Shown piece by piece: positions 20,979-31,765 of a DNA stretch of 64,000 nt. Position 1 is the first letter of the stretch; each line of letters starts with the position of its first letter. The notes under the pieces were generated by a model. It was not told where the DNA came from, did not search any database, and saw only the letters and a list, made by a program, of their open reading frames with translations. The position numbers were made by a program, and so were the translations under genes. This stretch comes from an uncultured delta proteobacterium (lineage in GTDB: Bacteria > Desulfobacterota > Binatia > UBA9968): assembly GCA_963804165.1 (NCBI GenBank), contig CAWDPO010000043.1, positions 32,001 through 96,000 on the forward strand. Reading direction: 5' to 3'.

Positions 20979-22076
20979 TCATTTTGTCGGACTCATGGTG
21001 TATCCCAAATACGTCAGAACGATGGAATAGACGATCAGCCAAAGCCGAAAGCCGCTGGCCAACGGCTCCACCTTCCTAATGCGGCGCGACGGTCGAAGAA
21101 ACGGCATCAAAATCAACACCAGCCCCACCAATCCGAACCCGAGCACACCCAGCAGCTCGCCCTCAATGCCGAAAATATGGCTCGGCAGAAATTTCAGCGT
21201 CTGAAACATCGCCATGAAATACCATTCAGGCTTGATGCCGATGGGTGCCGGCTGGAATGGATCCGCCTTCTTGCCCAACTCCGCCGGATAGTAGGCAGCC
21301 AGGGCCGCGAGCAATCCGAGGGCGCAGAGCCAGCCGACCAAGTCACGCAGAAAAAAATTCGGAAAAAACGGCATCGCTTTTTTTTCGTCGCTGCTTTTTT
21401 TCTCGCTCGGCGGACGGCTCATGCCATGTTTTTGCACCATAAAAAGATGAAGTCCGAGAATGACGGTGACGAGCGCCGGCAAGATGGCCACGTGGATCCC
21501 GTAAAAGCGCGTGAGCGTCGCGCCGGTGACGTCGTTCCCGCCGCGTAACAACCGGCGCACGAACGGTCCTATCAACGGCAGAACACCCGGAATCTCGGTG
21601 CCGACGCGAGTGGCAAAGAACGCCAGCTCGTTCCACGGTAACAGGTAGCCGGTAAATCCAAACGCCAGGCTCAAGCCCAGCAGTCCGCCGCCGGAAAGCC
21701 AGGTCAATTCGCGCGGGCGGCGATAGGCATGGAGAAACAAGGCGCTGAATAGATGAATGAACATCGCAAAGATCATGAGATTGGCCGACCATGAGTGAAT
21801 CGATCTAACCAGCCAGCCAAACTGCACCTCGGTCATGAGAAACTGGATCGATTCGAAGGCCTCGCCTGCGCTCGGCCGGTAATAGAGTAACAGAAGAATG
21901 CCGGTGACGACCTGGATCATGAACAGAAACAAAGTCATGCCGCCGAAGTAATACCAAAACGTGTGACGGTGCAGCGGCACCTCTTTTTTCTTCGCGAGCT
22001 TGGCAAAGTCGCTCAGTCCGATTCTTTCATCGAGCCAGAGCCAGAGCTTGCCGTGCCTGGAGCCTTGGTATTCCAT
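20979..22076 (-). CDS. petB: Cytochrome b of a bc-type complex (b plus subunit IV fused)
   Basis: [37 protein letters not shown]. Confidence 0.93.
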   Translation of the reverse strand: MEYQGSRHGKLWLWLDERIGLSDFAKLAKKKEVPLHRHTFWYYFGGMTLFLFMIQVVTGILLLLYYRPSAGEAFESIQFLMTEVQFGWLVRSIHSWSANLMIFAMFIHLFSALFLHAYRRPRELTWLSGGGLLGLSLAFGFTGYLLPWNELAFFATRVGTEIPGVLPLIGPFVRRLLRGGNDVTGATLTRFYGIHVAILPALVTVILGLHLFMVQKHGMSRPPSEKKSSDEKKAMPFFPNFFLRDLVGWLCALGLLAALAAYYPAELGKKADPFQPAPIGIKPEWYFMAMFQTLKFLPSHIFGIEGELLGVLGFGLVGLVLILMPFLRPSRRIRKVEPLASGFRLWLIVYSIVLTYLGYTMSPTK

Positions 22077-22083
22077 CTTTGAT

Positions 22084-22545
22084 CTAGCCTCTCTTGCTCA
22101 CGACGATTTGCTCGCCCCTCACGTTCACCGCGTACTCTTCCAGAGGCTTCGGCGGCGGTCCCTCGATATTTTTGCCGTTCAAATCAAAGTGGCCGTTGTG
22201 GCAGGCGCACCAGATGTGGCTGATGTCCGATCGGTATTGCACGATGCAGGCAAGATGGGTGCAGGCGGCAGTGAAGGCTTTGAGCTCATCGTTCGGGGTT
22301 CTGATCAGGATCGCCGCCTGACTGCCAAAACGGAAAATTTGCCCGCTGTTTTGTTTTACTTCTTGCGGTTTAAGCGCAAGCGTCACGGTGTGCGCCGTCG
22401 ATTCTTCCGCTTCCGGCGGGATGAGATACTTGCTCAACGGGTAGGTCACTGCGATGAAGAACGCGCCTGCGGCGGTACCCAAGAACCAGTTGAGGAAATT
22501 TCGCCGTCCACTATCGAGCGGCACGGATGCTTCGTCATTGGCCAT
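22084..22545 (-). CDS. Rieske [2Fe-2S] protein
   Basis: Tat-like RRNFL; CTHLAC and CACH. Confidence 0.93.
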   Translation of the reverse strand: MANDEASVPLDSGRRNFLNWFLGTAAGAFFIAVTYPLSKYLIPPEAEESTAHTVTLALKPQEVKQNSGQIFRFGSQAAILIRTPNDELKAFTAACTHLACIVQYRSDISHIWCACHNGHFDLNGKNIEGPPPKPLEEYAVNVRGEQIVVSKRG

Positions 22546-22566
22546 AGTAAAAAATTCCTCGCAGGC

Positions 22567-23847
22567 TTACTTTGATTTTCTTTCCATTTGCCGGATTTTC
22601 AAAATCAAGCCCACTACTAGGGCGAAGATGATCAACGCGGAGATCGCCAAACCCTTGCGCCTGTACTGCAACTCATCGAGCGCTTTCAAGCCGCGCGCAT
22701 AGGCCTTCTCACTGCTTTTGAGTCCGGGCTCAACTTCTTTGTCCAGAATAGCCTGATCGAACCCGTGGATCGCGGCGCGCGCTTTAATCAGCGCGGTCTT
22801 GGCTTCGTTGAGCTCGAATAACGGTTGGCTGACCTCCATGCCGGCGTGTTCGGCATTTTTGAGCACGGCGAGAGATCGTTCGTAACCTGTCTTCAGCCGC
22901 TCAATGGACTTGAGCATACCCATCGCCAGCACTCCACCCGACGAGGCTGGCGGATGACAACCGGCGCACGCCGATTTATCGCCCGCGCTCAACATCGCAT
23001 CGCTAGTCTCGCTAATTGCGTGATTGCTATGACAAGTTGCGCAACCTGGAACACCCATTTGCGCAAAGATTTTGCCGTGCGGGCTCTTATTGAACAGGTC
23101 GGAATTCACCGCATGGCACTGGCCACAAACGTTCACAACCGAAGACACACCAGGCGGCGCCGCGCCGTGATTGCCGTGGCAATCGTTGCATGTCGGCGCC
23201 GAGAGATCGCTCTTTTGGGCGATCATCTTCCAATGCACGCTCTGTTTGTATTTCTCGACTTGGTCGGTCGGAATCTTGTAGGACGCCATGTAGGCTTTAT
23301 TGGCATGACATGAACCGCACGTATCGGCGACGCGCAATGGATGGACCGACGACCGAGAATCGTTGGGCGGCCTGATCGAATGGGGGACGTGGCAACTCGC
23401 GCAGGTCGCTACTTTCAGATCCTTTTGTTCCTTGAGTCTCTTGCCGTGAACCGATGTGTGATACTCGGCGACTTGGTCAACGCGCAACGACGGATTATAG
23501 CGCCGCATGAAATTGGCGTCCGAGTGGCACTTTCCGCAGACTTCGACAATTTGCACCGGGCTGGGCTTGCCGATGTAGCCCTTCTTCCGGTCCATCGCCT
23601 CCAAGCCCATGATGGCGCTATCGCCACCATGACAGTTCGCGCAGGTGAACCCTTTAGCGGCGTGGATATCAGATTTGTAATCTTCGGCCGGTTTGGTGAG
23701 ATTGGCAATGCCGAGGGCTAAATGGCAGGTCGCGCAGTTATCTTCGGGAGTCTTAATTTCCACGGCGAGCGCCGTTCCTGACATGGAAACGAAGATGATT
23801 AGGGCACAAGCCAGCACCGACGGCAATTTCGTAGCCCCCTCCATCAA
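22567..23847 (-). CDS. Nine-heme cytochrome c with C-terminal membrane anchor
   Basis: 9 CxxCH counted, signal peptide, coiled-coil and C-terminal TM. Confidence 0.9.
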   Translation of the reverse strand: MMEGATKLPSVLACALIIFVSMSGTALAVEIKTPEDNCATCHLALGIANLTKPAEDYKSDIHAAKGFTCANCHGGDSAIMGLEAMDRKKGYIGKPSPVQIVEVCGKCHSDANFMRRYNPSLRVDQVAEYHTSVHGKRLKEQKDLKVATCASCHVPHSIRPPNDSRSSVHPLRVADTCGSCHANKAYMASYKIPTDQVEKYKQSVHWKMIAQKSDLSAPTCNDCHGNHGAAPPGVSSVVNVCGQCHAVNSDLFNKSPHGKIFAQMGVPGCATCHSNHAISETSDAMLSAGDKSACAGCHPPASSGGVLAMGMLKSIERLKTGYERSLAVLKNAEHAGMEVSQPLFELNEAKTALIKARAAIHGFDQAILDKEVEPGLKSSEKAYARGLKALDELQYRRKGLAISALIIFALVVGLILKIRQMERKSK

Positions 23848-24080
23848 AATCGCCCGGAAGACGTCATAATAAAAACTAACTGACGAAACTGCTATCCGGT
23901 TGTTCGAGCTTGATCACAAGTAAGTGAAAGATTCTGCCGTGGTAATTCATGAGCGGCCGATTGTGCTGGAAAAGTTACCCGCGAGAGCGTGAAACGGATT
24001 CTCATCAGCGGGCCTTGACGCGTTAAGCGCTGACTAAAAGCCGTTGTTAGTTACCCACGCTGACGCAATCAAGATGAGCC

Positions 24081-26378
24081 TCAGAACTTGAGGCGTACCC
24101 CGAGGAAACCGATATGCGCTTGGTAGGAACCTTTGCCCCGGTCGCCGAGAAAAAACGATCGGCCGATGGAGTTATTGAAATTGGGACCTCCCCCCGGTGT
24201 TTCGACGTCGCCCATCCAGAGCCTCATGATGTCCACGCCGGCGTCCTTGCTGCTGTAGCTATTGAAATAGTAACCGAGCTTGAGCGCGACGTTCTTGTGA
24301 ATCATATATTCGGCGCGCGCCAAGAATTCATGCCAGCGATTGACGATCGTCGGATAATCGGTAGCTGGCACCACGCCGGAGTCACCCGATGCGGGGCTGT
24401 TGCCGCTCGAGTGCACCGCGCTGCTGCCGAACGAGAAGCCGTACTGCAGGCGCACATTAAGCAGATTCTTGATCACCTGCATGTCGGTACCGACCTTGAC
24501 GGTGTGAATCTCGTCGTTGCCCCGGCTGCGCCAAGTCGCCGCCGGACAATTTTCCGCGGTTCGAGCATCCAAATCAGGACACCCTCCCGCGCCGGTGTTA
24601 CGCGCAATCGCTTGAATTCTCCAATCAAAACGCTCCCAGTTGTAGTCGCCAAAAACTGTCGCCCACTCCAGGGGCGCATATACGAAGCCGATGGATGGCG
24701 CGTAGTCGATGTCCTTTTGAACGCCGATCACACTCCGAGGATAACGGTCATTGGTAAAATCAAAACCGCCGTGAAGCGTCAAGGTCTGCGTCGCCGAAAA
24801 CTGCGCAAAAGTTGTTAATCTGTCCCGCTGCCGGGCTGCCTCGTCAAATTTGCGCAATTCCTCCAGGCGGGCCAGTCGAACATCGTCCGGTGTTTCGCCA
24901 ATTTCCACTGCGGCATTACGCCCGGCGTCGTAGTTATGGGCGTCACGGAGGCCGCGCCTGTAACTGACCCGAAAAAGCGTCCATGTCGTCGGCCGAATAT
25001 CGAAAGTCGGCCCGAAGCTGTGTTCGTTTGAGTTCAACAGCTCACGGGCATACTCCCGGTGCATGCGTTCCCAGCCGTAGCCGAGCTTGGCAGTTAGCCA
25101 GCGCGTAAGCTTATAGGACGCATCGAAACCAATATTCTGTTTCGCATAAGAATACGGAAATGAATAATACTCGTTGCCGCTCGCCGATTCTTGATCGTTG
25201 ACGATTATGCCGTTCGGCAAAAGCACCCGTTTGCTGCGGTTGTCGAAGTCATAGTAACGATAGGAGGCCTTGAGCCCCACGTCCTTAAAGAAATCATTGA
25301 CCAAGGTGGCGTTGATCATCGTCGGCCGCACGTCGCCGTCAAGACTGCTCCGGCTGATTGTGGGCTGGGTCACCGCGGTGTTCACCGTAAAAGGTATGAA
25401 CTTATCGTTCTGCAATCTCCAACCGTAAGAAAATGCGCTCATGAAGTTGGTCTTGAACGGCAGGTTCGCGGTGCCGGTCATGGTGAACATATGCGCCTGA
25501 TTGCTCGGGTATAGGTCAAAACGGCCGCGGCACGGCCCCGTTCCCGGTGCGTACGTGGCCGAGTCCACACATCCGGAGCCAACCCCGGTGGTATTGAGCG
25601 GATTGTCCCAGGTCAGAGTACTGGTGTTGTTGTGGAAAAGCGACGCGTTGTATTTAAGTCCCAAAGTCCAGCCGTTCCCGGCGTACTCACCGCCGAGCTC
25701 GACGTTGTGGGTCTGGTAATCGATCGGTTCGACTAGCTCGGTAATATTGTAGTTGCCCGGACTCGGGCCGAAGTAGGCCCCGAAGGCACGGCCGCCAGCG
25801 GTATTTTGCGAACCGTAGCTGCCGGTGAAAGTCCAACCCGGGGTCGGCGTGTAGCGTAAGTTGAATTTAGCCAATCCATTATAGAGCTTAAGATCGACCG
25901 GCTGCGCGTTGGCGTTGACCCAGTCGCGCATGTTAGCGCCCGTCGTCCCGACGGGTTTCGACGACAGTGTATAGGTTCCTCCGTTCATGCTGAACGGCGT
26001 GCGCGCGTTATCGACGTTAAACAGATGGGGAATTTGGTCCCAAACAAACTCGAGATCCAAGAGGCCGTACCGGCCCGCGCGCAAGCGGTAGCTCTGATCG
26101 TCGCGGCCGGTTTTCAGCGACTCCAACTCCAGGTAGAAATCTTTTTTCTTGCTGTCGAGAAACAACTCGATCTGCGGCACGACGATTGTCTCAGGCAAGT
26201 CGCGGTATTCTTCAAGCTTGGTATCGCTGCCGCTTCTGTGGCTAGGCATGCCGCCCACTTCAGCGGAACCGCTAATTGTAAAGTCGCCCAAATCCACTTG
26301 GGCCGGGCTGGGCCCCACTAGAAATAAGAGCGTCGTCGCGCTCAAACTCAAAAGCAACACCGCTTTATTTCGTTTCAC
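24081..26378 (-). CDS. mtrB: MtrB/PioB/MtoB-family outer-membrane beta-barrel
   Basis: Signal peptide, EYRD, EPIDYQT, WDNP, YPSNQAH, terminal Phe; adjacent to a decaheme gene. Confidence 0.88.
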   Translation of the reverse strand: MKRNKAVLLLSLSATTLLFLVGPSPAQVDLGDFTISGSAEVGGMPSHRSGSDTKLEEYRDLPETIVVPQIELFLDSKKKDFYLELESLKTGRDDQSYRLRAGRYGLLDLEFVWDQIPHLFNVDNARTPFSMNGGTYTLSSKPVGTTGANMRDWVNANAQPVDLKLYNGLAKFNLRYTPTPGWTFTGSYGSQNTAGGRAFGAYFGPSPGNYNITELVEPIDYQTHNVELGGEYAGNGWTLGLKYNASLFHNNTSTLTWDNPLNTTGVGSGCVDSATYAPGTGPCRGRFDLYPSNQAHMFTMTGTANLPFKTNFMSAFSYGWRLQNDKFIPFTVNTAVTQPTISRSSLDGDVRPTMINATLVNDFFKDVGLKASYRYYDFDNRSKRVLLPNGIIVNDQESASGNEYYSFPYSYAKQNIGFDASYKLTRWLTAKLGYGWERMHREYARELLNSNEHSFGPTFDIRPTTWTLFRVSYRRGLRDAHNYDAGRNAAVEIGETPDDVRLARLEELRKFDEAARQRDRLTTFAQFSATQTLTLHGGFDFTNDRYPRSVIGVQKDIDYAPSIGFVYAPLEWATVFGDYNWERFDWRIQAIARNTGAGGCPDLDARTAENCPAATWRSRGNDEIHTVKVGTDMQVIKNLLNVRLQYGFSFGSSAVHSSGNSPASGDSGVVPATDYPTIVNRWHEFLARAEYMIHKNVALKLGYYFNSYSSKDAGVDIMRLWMGDVETPGGGPNFNNSIGRSFFLGDRGKGSYQAHIGFLGVRLKF

Positions 26379-26393
26379 AGCCGGCCTCCTTTC

Positions 26394-27365
26394 CTAGCGC
26401 GTATAGAACTTACCCGATGGATGATTGCTGCCATGAACCTGACTGTGACAGTTCGTACAGCTCCTATTGAAGGCAAAAACCGATGGCCCCACCGTCGGCG
26501 ATAGCGGGCGCAACGGCCGCGGCGTGGCTGGATGACGCGTAGCTATATGGCACTGCGTGCATAACCGCGGATCGGTCACTTTAAGTAACCGATCGTTGAC
26601 CGATCCGTGCGGTTCATGACAGTTCGTGCACCCTTCCATGACCGGCGGATGCTCCCATAGGAAGGGACCCCGTCTCTCGGCGTGGCAAGCGTAGCAATTA
26701 TCGTTGACGCTGGTTTGCTTAAGTTGCGCCGGATTGGGACTGCCATGCGGATTGTGGCAGTCGGAGCAGACGATCTTTCCTTCCCGCATGGGCATATGCG
26801 AGGAACGCATGAGCTGCGCCTTGCGCTGCAAATGGCACTGGCCGCACACTTCGATTTCCGCCCGGTTGACCCCGAACGGCGTTACGTCTGTCATCTTCGC
26901 CATCTGCTTGCCGCTGGTCTTCTCCATCAATGTATGGCAATTGACGCAGGCCAAACCGCGGTTGGCATGGGCGCTCGCTTTCCAATAGGTCTGGACACCG
27001 CGTTGATGGCAAGTTAGACACGGCTGGTTTTGCGCTTCCGCGGACTCGCCCGAGCCCTTGCGAAACGTGATCAACCCGCCCACGCCTTTGCCCCCTCCGG
27101 CAGCGACGTGGTTGCTGCCGGGCCCGTGACAATTCTCGCAAGCCCTTTTTTCCATCTCGTTACGCGGGTTGTGCAAGAACATTTTTCCCATGAGGGTGGT
27201 GGAAAATTTTTCGAACTGGGGCACGTGGCAAGCTTGACAGACTTCGTTGCCAACGTAGGTGGCAGGCTCTGGTTTTTTCGGCGCTTCCGGGGTTGCAGAC
27301 TGGGCTAAATACTCATGCGCCGTCAATGCGGCGATGAAAAGAATAGCGACAACCGACCGCTTCAT
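26394..27365 (-). CDS. mtrA: DmsE/MtrA/PioA/MtoA-family decaheme cytochrome c
   Basis: 10 CxxCH; CHNPHGS, RGPFLWEHPPV, CHSQVHGSNHPSG. Confidence 0.92.
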   Translation of the reverse strand: MKRSVVAILFIAALTAHEYLAQSATPEAPKKPEPATYVGNEVCQACHVPQFEKFSTTLMGKMFLHNPRNEMEKRACENCHGPGSNHVAAGGGKGVGGLITFRKGSGESAEAQNQPCLTCHQRGVQTYWKASAHANRGLACVNCHTLMEKTSGKQMAKMTDVTPFGVNRAEIEVCGQCHLQRKAQLMRSSHMPMREGKIVCSDCHNPHGSPNPAQLKQTSVNDNCYACHAERRGPFLWEHPPVMEGCTNCHEPHGSVNDRLLKVTDPRLCTQCHIATRHPATPRPLRPLSPTVGPSVFAFNRSCTNCHSQVHGSNHPSGKFYTR

Positions 27366-27819
27366 GATGCCTCCGGATAAGAACTTACGACCGGCGAGGG
27401 GTCACAGACGGGCTTATAGCACCTAGCCGAAAACTTTGTCCAGAAAAATTCGCTCGATTGCCTATCATCGAATTTTTTTGCGCGCTGAAATTTCTTTTTG
27501 TACTTTTGCGAAACCAAAAAGCAAATATTTTTGCAGGATTGAGAAAACCGCGCGCAACGAGTCCGAAATTGGTTCGCCGCCAACGAGGAAGCAACCGCCG
27601 ATCGGAAGTCGGTACGACAACACATCCGGACACCGGAGTTCTTGCCGGTAACCGTCGATCGAGTCAGTAGATAGAGAGATAAGAAAAGATGACTGCGCAG
27701 CGTGAAAAATTTTTGGGCTACATATTCACTTCCCACATCTTCGCCCCGCAAGAAATCTGGTTTGCTGGCTTTGGCGCGGGATTGTCAGGTGAAATCGGTG
27801 CGCAGCACCGAGTCGCGTG

Positions 27820-28316
27820 CTACACTTCCAGCTCGTAGCCGGCTCTGGCTATGGCCCGGCGCGTCGCTTCCATAACAAACGCCGTGTCGACATGCGGCAA
27901 CACTTTCACTTCAGGGTAATTCCGTAGCTCGCGTAAAATCCGATCGGCTTCGGCTCCCGCCAGTTCTCGCATTGATCGTACATACCCCCGGGGTCCTCTT
28001 CGATGGGGTTATGGGCCTCGAGAATCGCGCGAATGGCCGCGACAATCGGCGCGGTGGGCGACGGCACGAGCAGCGCGACCAAGGCGCCGTGATCGAGCCG
28101 CAGCCTGGGCGCAACGGGAAGCGGATCGCCGCCGCGTCGCTTTTGCGCCGCTGGAAGAAGCACCTTTTCCTCCATACCGATGTGCTTGAGTAAACCCGCG
28201 CGGAATTGGGCGTAAGCCGAAGCATCAATATTTTCCGAGTCGGACATGGCGAGCTCGAGCAGGGCATCGAGACGCCGGTGATCGCGGGTGAGATAGCGGT
28301 AGATTTTCCCAGGCAT
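27820..28316 (-). CDS. Hemerythrin-like protein, copy 2 (frameshift near 27960)
   Basis: MPGKIYRYLTRDHRRLD...HIGMEE...DHGAL...HNPIEE. Confidence 0.8.
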
Positions 28317-28506
28317 GCTCCTTTGCATCAGGCCGATCTTGGCATCTGCTCGAAGCCGGCATCATGAACTTTCTCTTGAGTGATCTGCTGAAGCTTAAGC
28401 GAACATAATTCTAACAGCGGCAGCCGTCGTTATCACTACGAACCGCGTGCCAGCTCCACGGCGCAACCGTTGGCTGCGCAACGAAGGTGGTCCTTGAATG
28501 AAACCG

Positions 28507-28842
28507 TTACTTTGCCAGCGAACGGCTGTACTGGAGCACGGCTTTTTGCTCATCCTTGGTAAGCTTCTTGCTCGCCGGCATCTTGCCCGCGCCTTCAGCG
28601 ATGACCTTCAATAATACTTCGTCCGATTTCTGCTTCGTTTCTTTGCCGACGATGTTGAGTTCTTTTTCGCCCAACGTCTTAGCCAGCGCCGGGTTACCTT
28701 TTCCGTCCGCGCCGTGGCAACTGGCGCAGTTCTTATCGTAGACCGCTTTGCCGCCATCGGCGTCGGCTGCCAACCCCTGTGCGATCGGCCATGATAGAGT
28801 CAGGATAATGGCAGTTGTAGTTACAGTTGCTTTCAGTTTCAC
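28507..28842 (-). CDS. Monoheme class I cytochrome c, copy 2
   Basis: Signal peptide, CASCH, distal GKMP. Confidence 0.9.
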   Translation of the reverse strand: MKLKATVTTTAIILTLSWPIAQGLAADADGGKAVYDKNCASCHGADGKGNPALAKTLGEKELNIVGKETKQKSDEVLLKVIAEGAGKMPASKKLTKDEQKAVLQYSRSLAK

Positions 28843-29125
28843 GGGAATCCTCCTGGTTCGGGATTTCTATTGTTTCTCCGGGCTTACAATCAAGCCAGTC
28901 GCCTGTCAACAGTTTGGGCGCACCTTAGACGCTGGGTGAATCAGCGATTATTCAACACTCCACTGGACCCTTTGGCGTAAGATAAGAGATTCGGCTCCTC
29001 TTCATCATGGCTAAAGGGCTCTGGCCATTTTTTTCTGGATAATCGGTAATGATTCGGTATATCCTTGCATCCGAGACGAACCGATGGAGCCATGCGCTCC
29101 GGCATCGACCGGAAGGAAATAGTCT

Positions 29126-29734
29126 TTGGCAAACTACGCAGGCGCTACCATCATCGTTTTGAGTATCATTTTGATCGGCCTGCTGCTGATTCGGCCTTCG
29201 ATTACGGCAGCACAGGGAGGCAAGATCGTTGCCTTCATCGCTTTCTTTATCCTGCCGATTGTCGCGACGGTCTTGGGCGCTTCGATTCATTTAGAGAACT
29301 CCAAGTCGACGCAGTTCTGCTTGTCGTGCCACGTCATGGAGCCCTACGGAAAGAGCCTTGGCATCGACAATTCCACCTATCTTCCCGCCGCCCATTTTCA
29401 AAATAACCGTATCCCGAAGGAGCAAGCCTGTTTTACCTGCCATACCAATTACACTATGTTCGGCGACGTCAACAGCAAGATGCGCGGCCTCAAACACATC
29501 TACGTCTATTACTTAAAAACTCCGCCGGCGAAACTCGCACTCTATGAACCTTTTAAAAACCGCGAATGCTTACATTGCCATGCCAACGCGCGATCCTATG
29601 AAGAGACCACACCGCACAAGGAAATGAAGGAACCGCTAGCCGCCAACGATATGTCGTGTTTGACATGCCACAATAAAATTCACGATGTGGCAAATCTCGC
29701 TAAGACAAAAACGTGGAAAGGGCCAGGTAAATGA
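29126..29734 (+). CDS. NapC/NirT-like tetraheme cytochrome c, copy 2
   Basis: Two TMs and 4 CxxCH. Confidence 0.88.
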   Translation: MANYAGATIIVLSIILIGLLLIRPSITAAQGGKIVAFIAFFILPIVATVLGASIHLENSKSTQFCLSCHVMEPYGKSLGIDNSTYLPAAHFQNNRIPKEQACFTCHTNYTMFGDVNSKMRGLKHIYVYYLKTPPAKLALYEPFKNRECLHCHANARSYEETTPHKEMKEPLAANDMSCLTCHNKIHDVANLAKTKTWKGPGK

Positions 29735-29922
29735 CAGACTACGCGTCAAGCTTGCAGCGCAAAGTGAAGATGGCAGCTTACTTGTTGATCGCCGGTCTGG
29801 CCGTCGAGGGGATCACTCTCCACTGGGCCCATCCAACGAGCTTTCTGCTTTTCATGGGTGTCGGCGGCATTCTCGTCTTGGCTGGCATAGCCATTTATTT
29901 GAAAGCCATTGTCACCACTTGA
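29731..29922 (+). CDS. Small 2-TM protein coupled to the NapC-like gene
   Basis: ATGA overlap; conserved in both duplicated modules. Confidence 0.65.
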   Translation: MTDYASSLQRKVKMAAYLLIAGLAVEGITLHWAHPTSFLLFMGVGGILVLAGIAIYLKAIVTT

Positions 29923-30034
29923 CGCGAGCATTTTTCCCTTCCCTTCGGCAACTGTTTAAGAGAACCGACACTCAGCTCAGGGGCTCTCCATCAATGCCAA
30001 CTGAAAAAAGGTCCCTGGCGCGACTCTGTGCGCC

Positions 30035-31393
30035 TCACGGCCCGACTTTTACCGCCGTCACATCCCCTTTGACGCCAAGCCCTAACGTCATCGGTAGCGT
30101 CACATAGTGCCGCCTATTGGAAACTGTGTCGTCGAAGATACCAAATCCAATGGGATAGGCAGTTCCCGGTTTCAGAACTTTGTCGTCTGCTTGCCCCGTG
30201 TTCAATTTACGTCGGAGTTCTACGATCCAGTGTCCGTCGACATACCGTCCGAATGCCTGGACGTCGGCAGCACTGCCCTCGGGCTCACGTAGTAGATACT
30301 GCGGCAGAAGGTCTCCGACATTGAATTTGGCGTTCGGGTCAAGCGCCACCGCGTTCTTTTTCTCGATCAGCGCCGCTTGTCCCATACGAGCTTGGAGTTG
30401 CGATTCGGGAATGGCTTGGAAGCCAGTCATCTTTTCATCGTACATGAACTGGGGTTTAGGCGGGTTAAAAAACGGCGAGCGGCCGGCGTCGCCATTGCGG
30501 TACTCGAGCACCCAATCGTCGCTCGCATAGCCGGCAGCGTTGGAGCGAGCGGCGCGCCACTGCCAGAACTCCAGAAATTTTCCTGCTGTCTTGAGTTTGT
30601 TTAGCTCAGTCGCCGGCTTCACCTTATCCCATGCGCCGGAGTTGTCTTGTGCCGTGCGCGTAATCAACAAATATTTTCGGATGTCGCCGACCCGCCGACC
30701 CTTCTCGCCCCAGTATGGGTGCGGATCAATCGCTTTGCGCGGGACGTCGTTGGGCATGGCGCGCATGCTATTGTGGCAAGTCATCCAACAGCCGACTTGC
30801 GAGAACGTTGCGCCTGAACCGTCGTAGGCGGTCACGTTATTAGGATCATCCAGTATAATCGCCAGCCGGTCCTCGTAGCTGGGCAGTATTCCCTTCTTGG
30901 TCGCTTCGGGTTTTTCTCCGCCCCACGCGACCCACTGCTTGCCGTCATAGCGCCAAAGCGTGTGCATCGCGTGGGGTACTTTACTCGCCCAGCGGAACTG
31001 CAAGTAGATGAACTCTGCATCGTAAGCGGCGCGAACGGTGAGATCGACCGAAGGAATCTTCCCGGCGATGGGATCGTTTTCGCGCGGACCAGCTTGAACC
31101 AACTTGGCGCCGAGTGCTTTCTCTTGGCCCGTGTGACAGGTGGCGCAGCCAGCATCTATAGCCTGGGCGCCTGGGTGAGCCGCGCTGGTCAAGTATTGCC
31201 AAGAGGTTTGACCGGGGTAGAACAACGTGACGGTCTTAGCCGGGATCTTTTCCCAATCGCCGGGGAAATTAAACAGCTTCGGGCCTGTTATCTCCGAAGG
31301 CGCAACGCCAAGCACGGCGCAGCTCCCCGCTATCGCGGCAAATGTCAACACGACTAGCGCAGAGACCATCCAGCCAGGCTTATTCTTCATCAT
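30035..31393 (-). CDS. Ethylbenzene-dehydrogenase-gamma/DOMON-like heme-binding periplasmic cytochrome
   Basis: TLFYPGQ, CATCH, YEDRLA, CWMTCH, WQWRAARS, WIVELRRKL, IFDD...RRHY. Confidence 0.75.
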   Translation of the reverse strand: MMKNKPGWMVSALVVLTFAAIAGSCAVLGVAPSEITGPKLFNFPGDWEKIPAKTVTLFYPGQTSWQYLTSAAHPGAQAIDAGCATCHTGQEKALGAKLVQAGPRENDPIAGKIPSVDLTVRAAYDAEFIYLQFRWASKVPHAMHTLWRYDGKQWVAWGGEKPEATKKGILPSYEDRLAIILDDPNNVTAYDGSGATFSQVGCWMTCHNSMRAMPNDVPRKAIDPHPYWGEKGRRVGDIRKYLLITRTAQDNSGAWDKVKPATELNKLKTAGKFLEFWQWRAARSNAAGYASDDWVLEYRNGDAGRSPFFNPPKPQFMYDEKMTGFQAIPESQLQARMGQAALIEKKNAVALDPNAKFNVGDLLPQYLLREPEGSAADVQAFGRYVDGHWIVELRRKLNTGQADDKVLKPGTAYPIGFGIFDDTVSNRRHYVTLPMTLGLGVKGDVTAVKVGP

Positions 31394-31765
31394 TTTCGCT
31401 CCTCTATTTTTATTAACTTTGCCGACTAGCCCGAAAGACCACTCTCACAGGCGATGTTTCTCAACATCGTTCCTAGCGTTGACGAGAACGATCTCGCCCA
31501 TCCGCGTCTGGGAGATTCCCTCAAGGCTGGCGCAGGGCTGCGCGAGAATTTTATTGCGGACATGAATTCCTTGCAACGACGCCTACTTTTACGCCGTCAA
31601 TGCGGGTTGGGCGAAGCCGGACAACGAGGATTAAGCCGCAAAAAAACCTTTTACGTGTTCCAGTCTCAAAAACTTAAATGCGAACTTACCTCAGGATTCT
31701 CATCGTCTTGTAGCACTAAGGTTCCGCGCGCGTCTATGGGTCAATCGGCCCACGTTAACGGCTCC

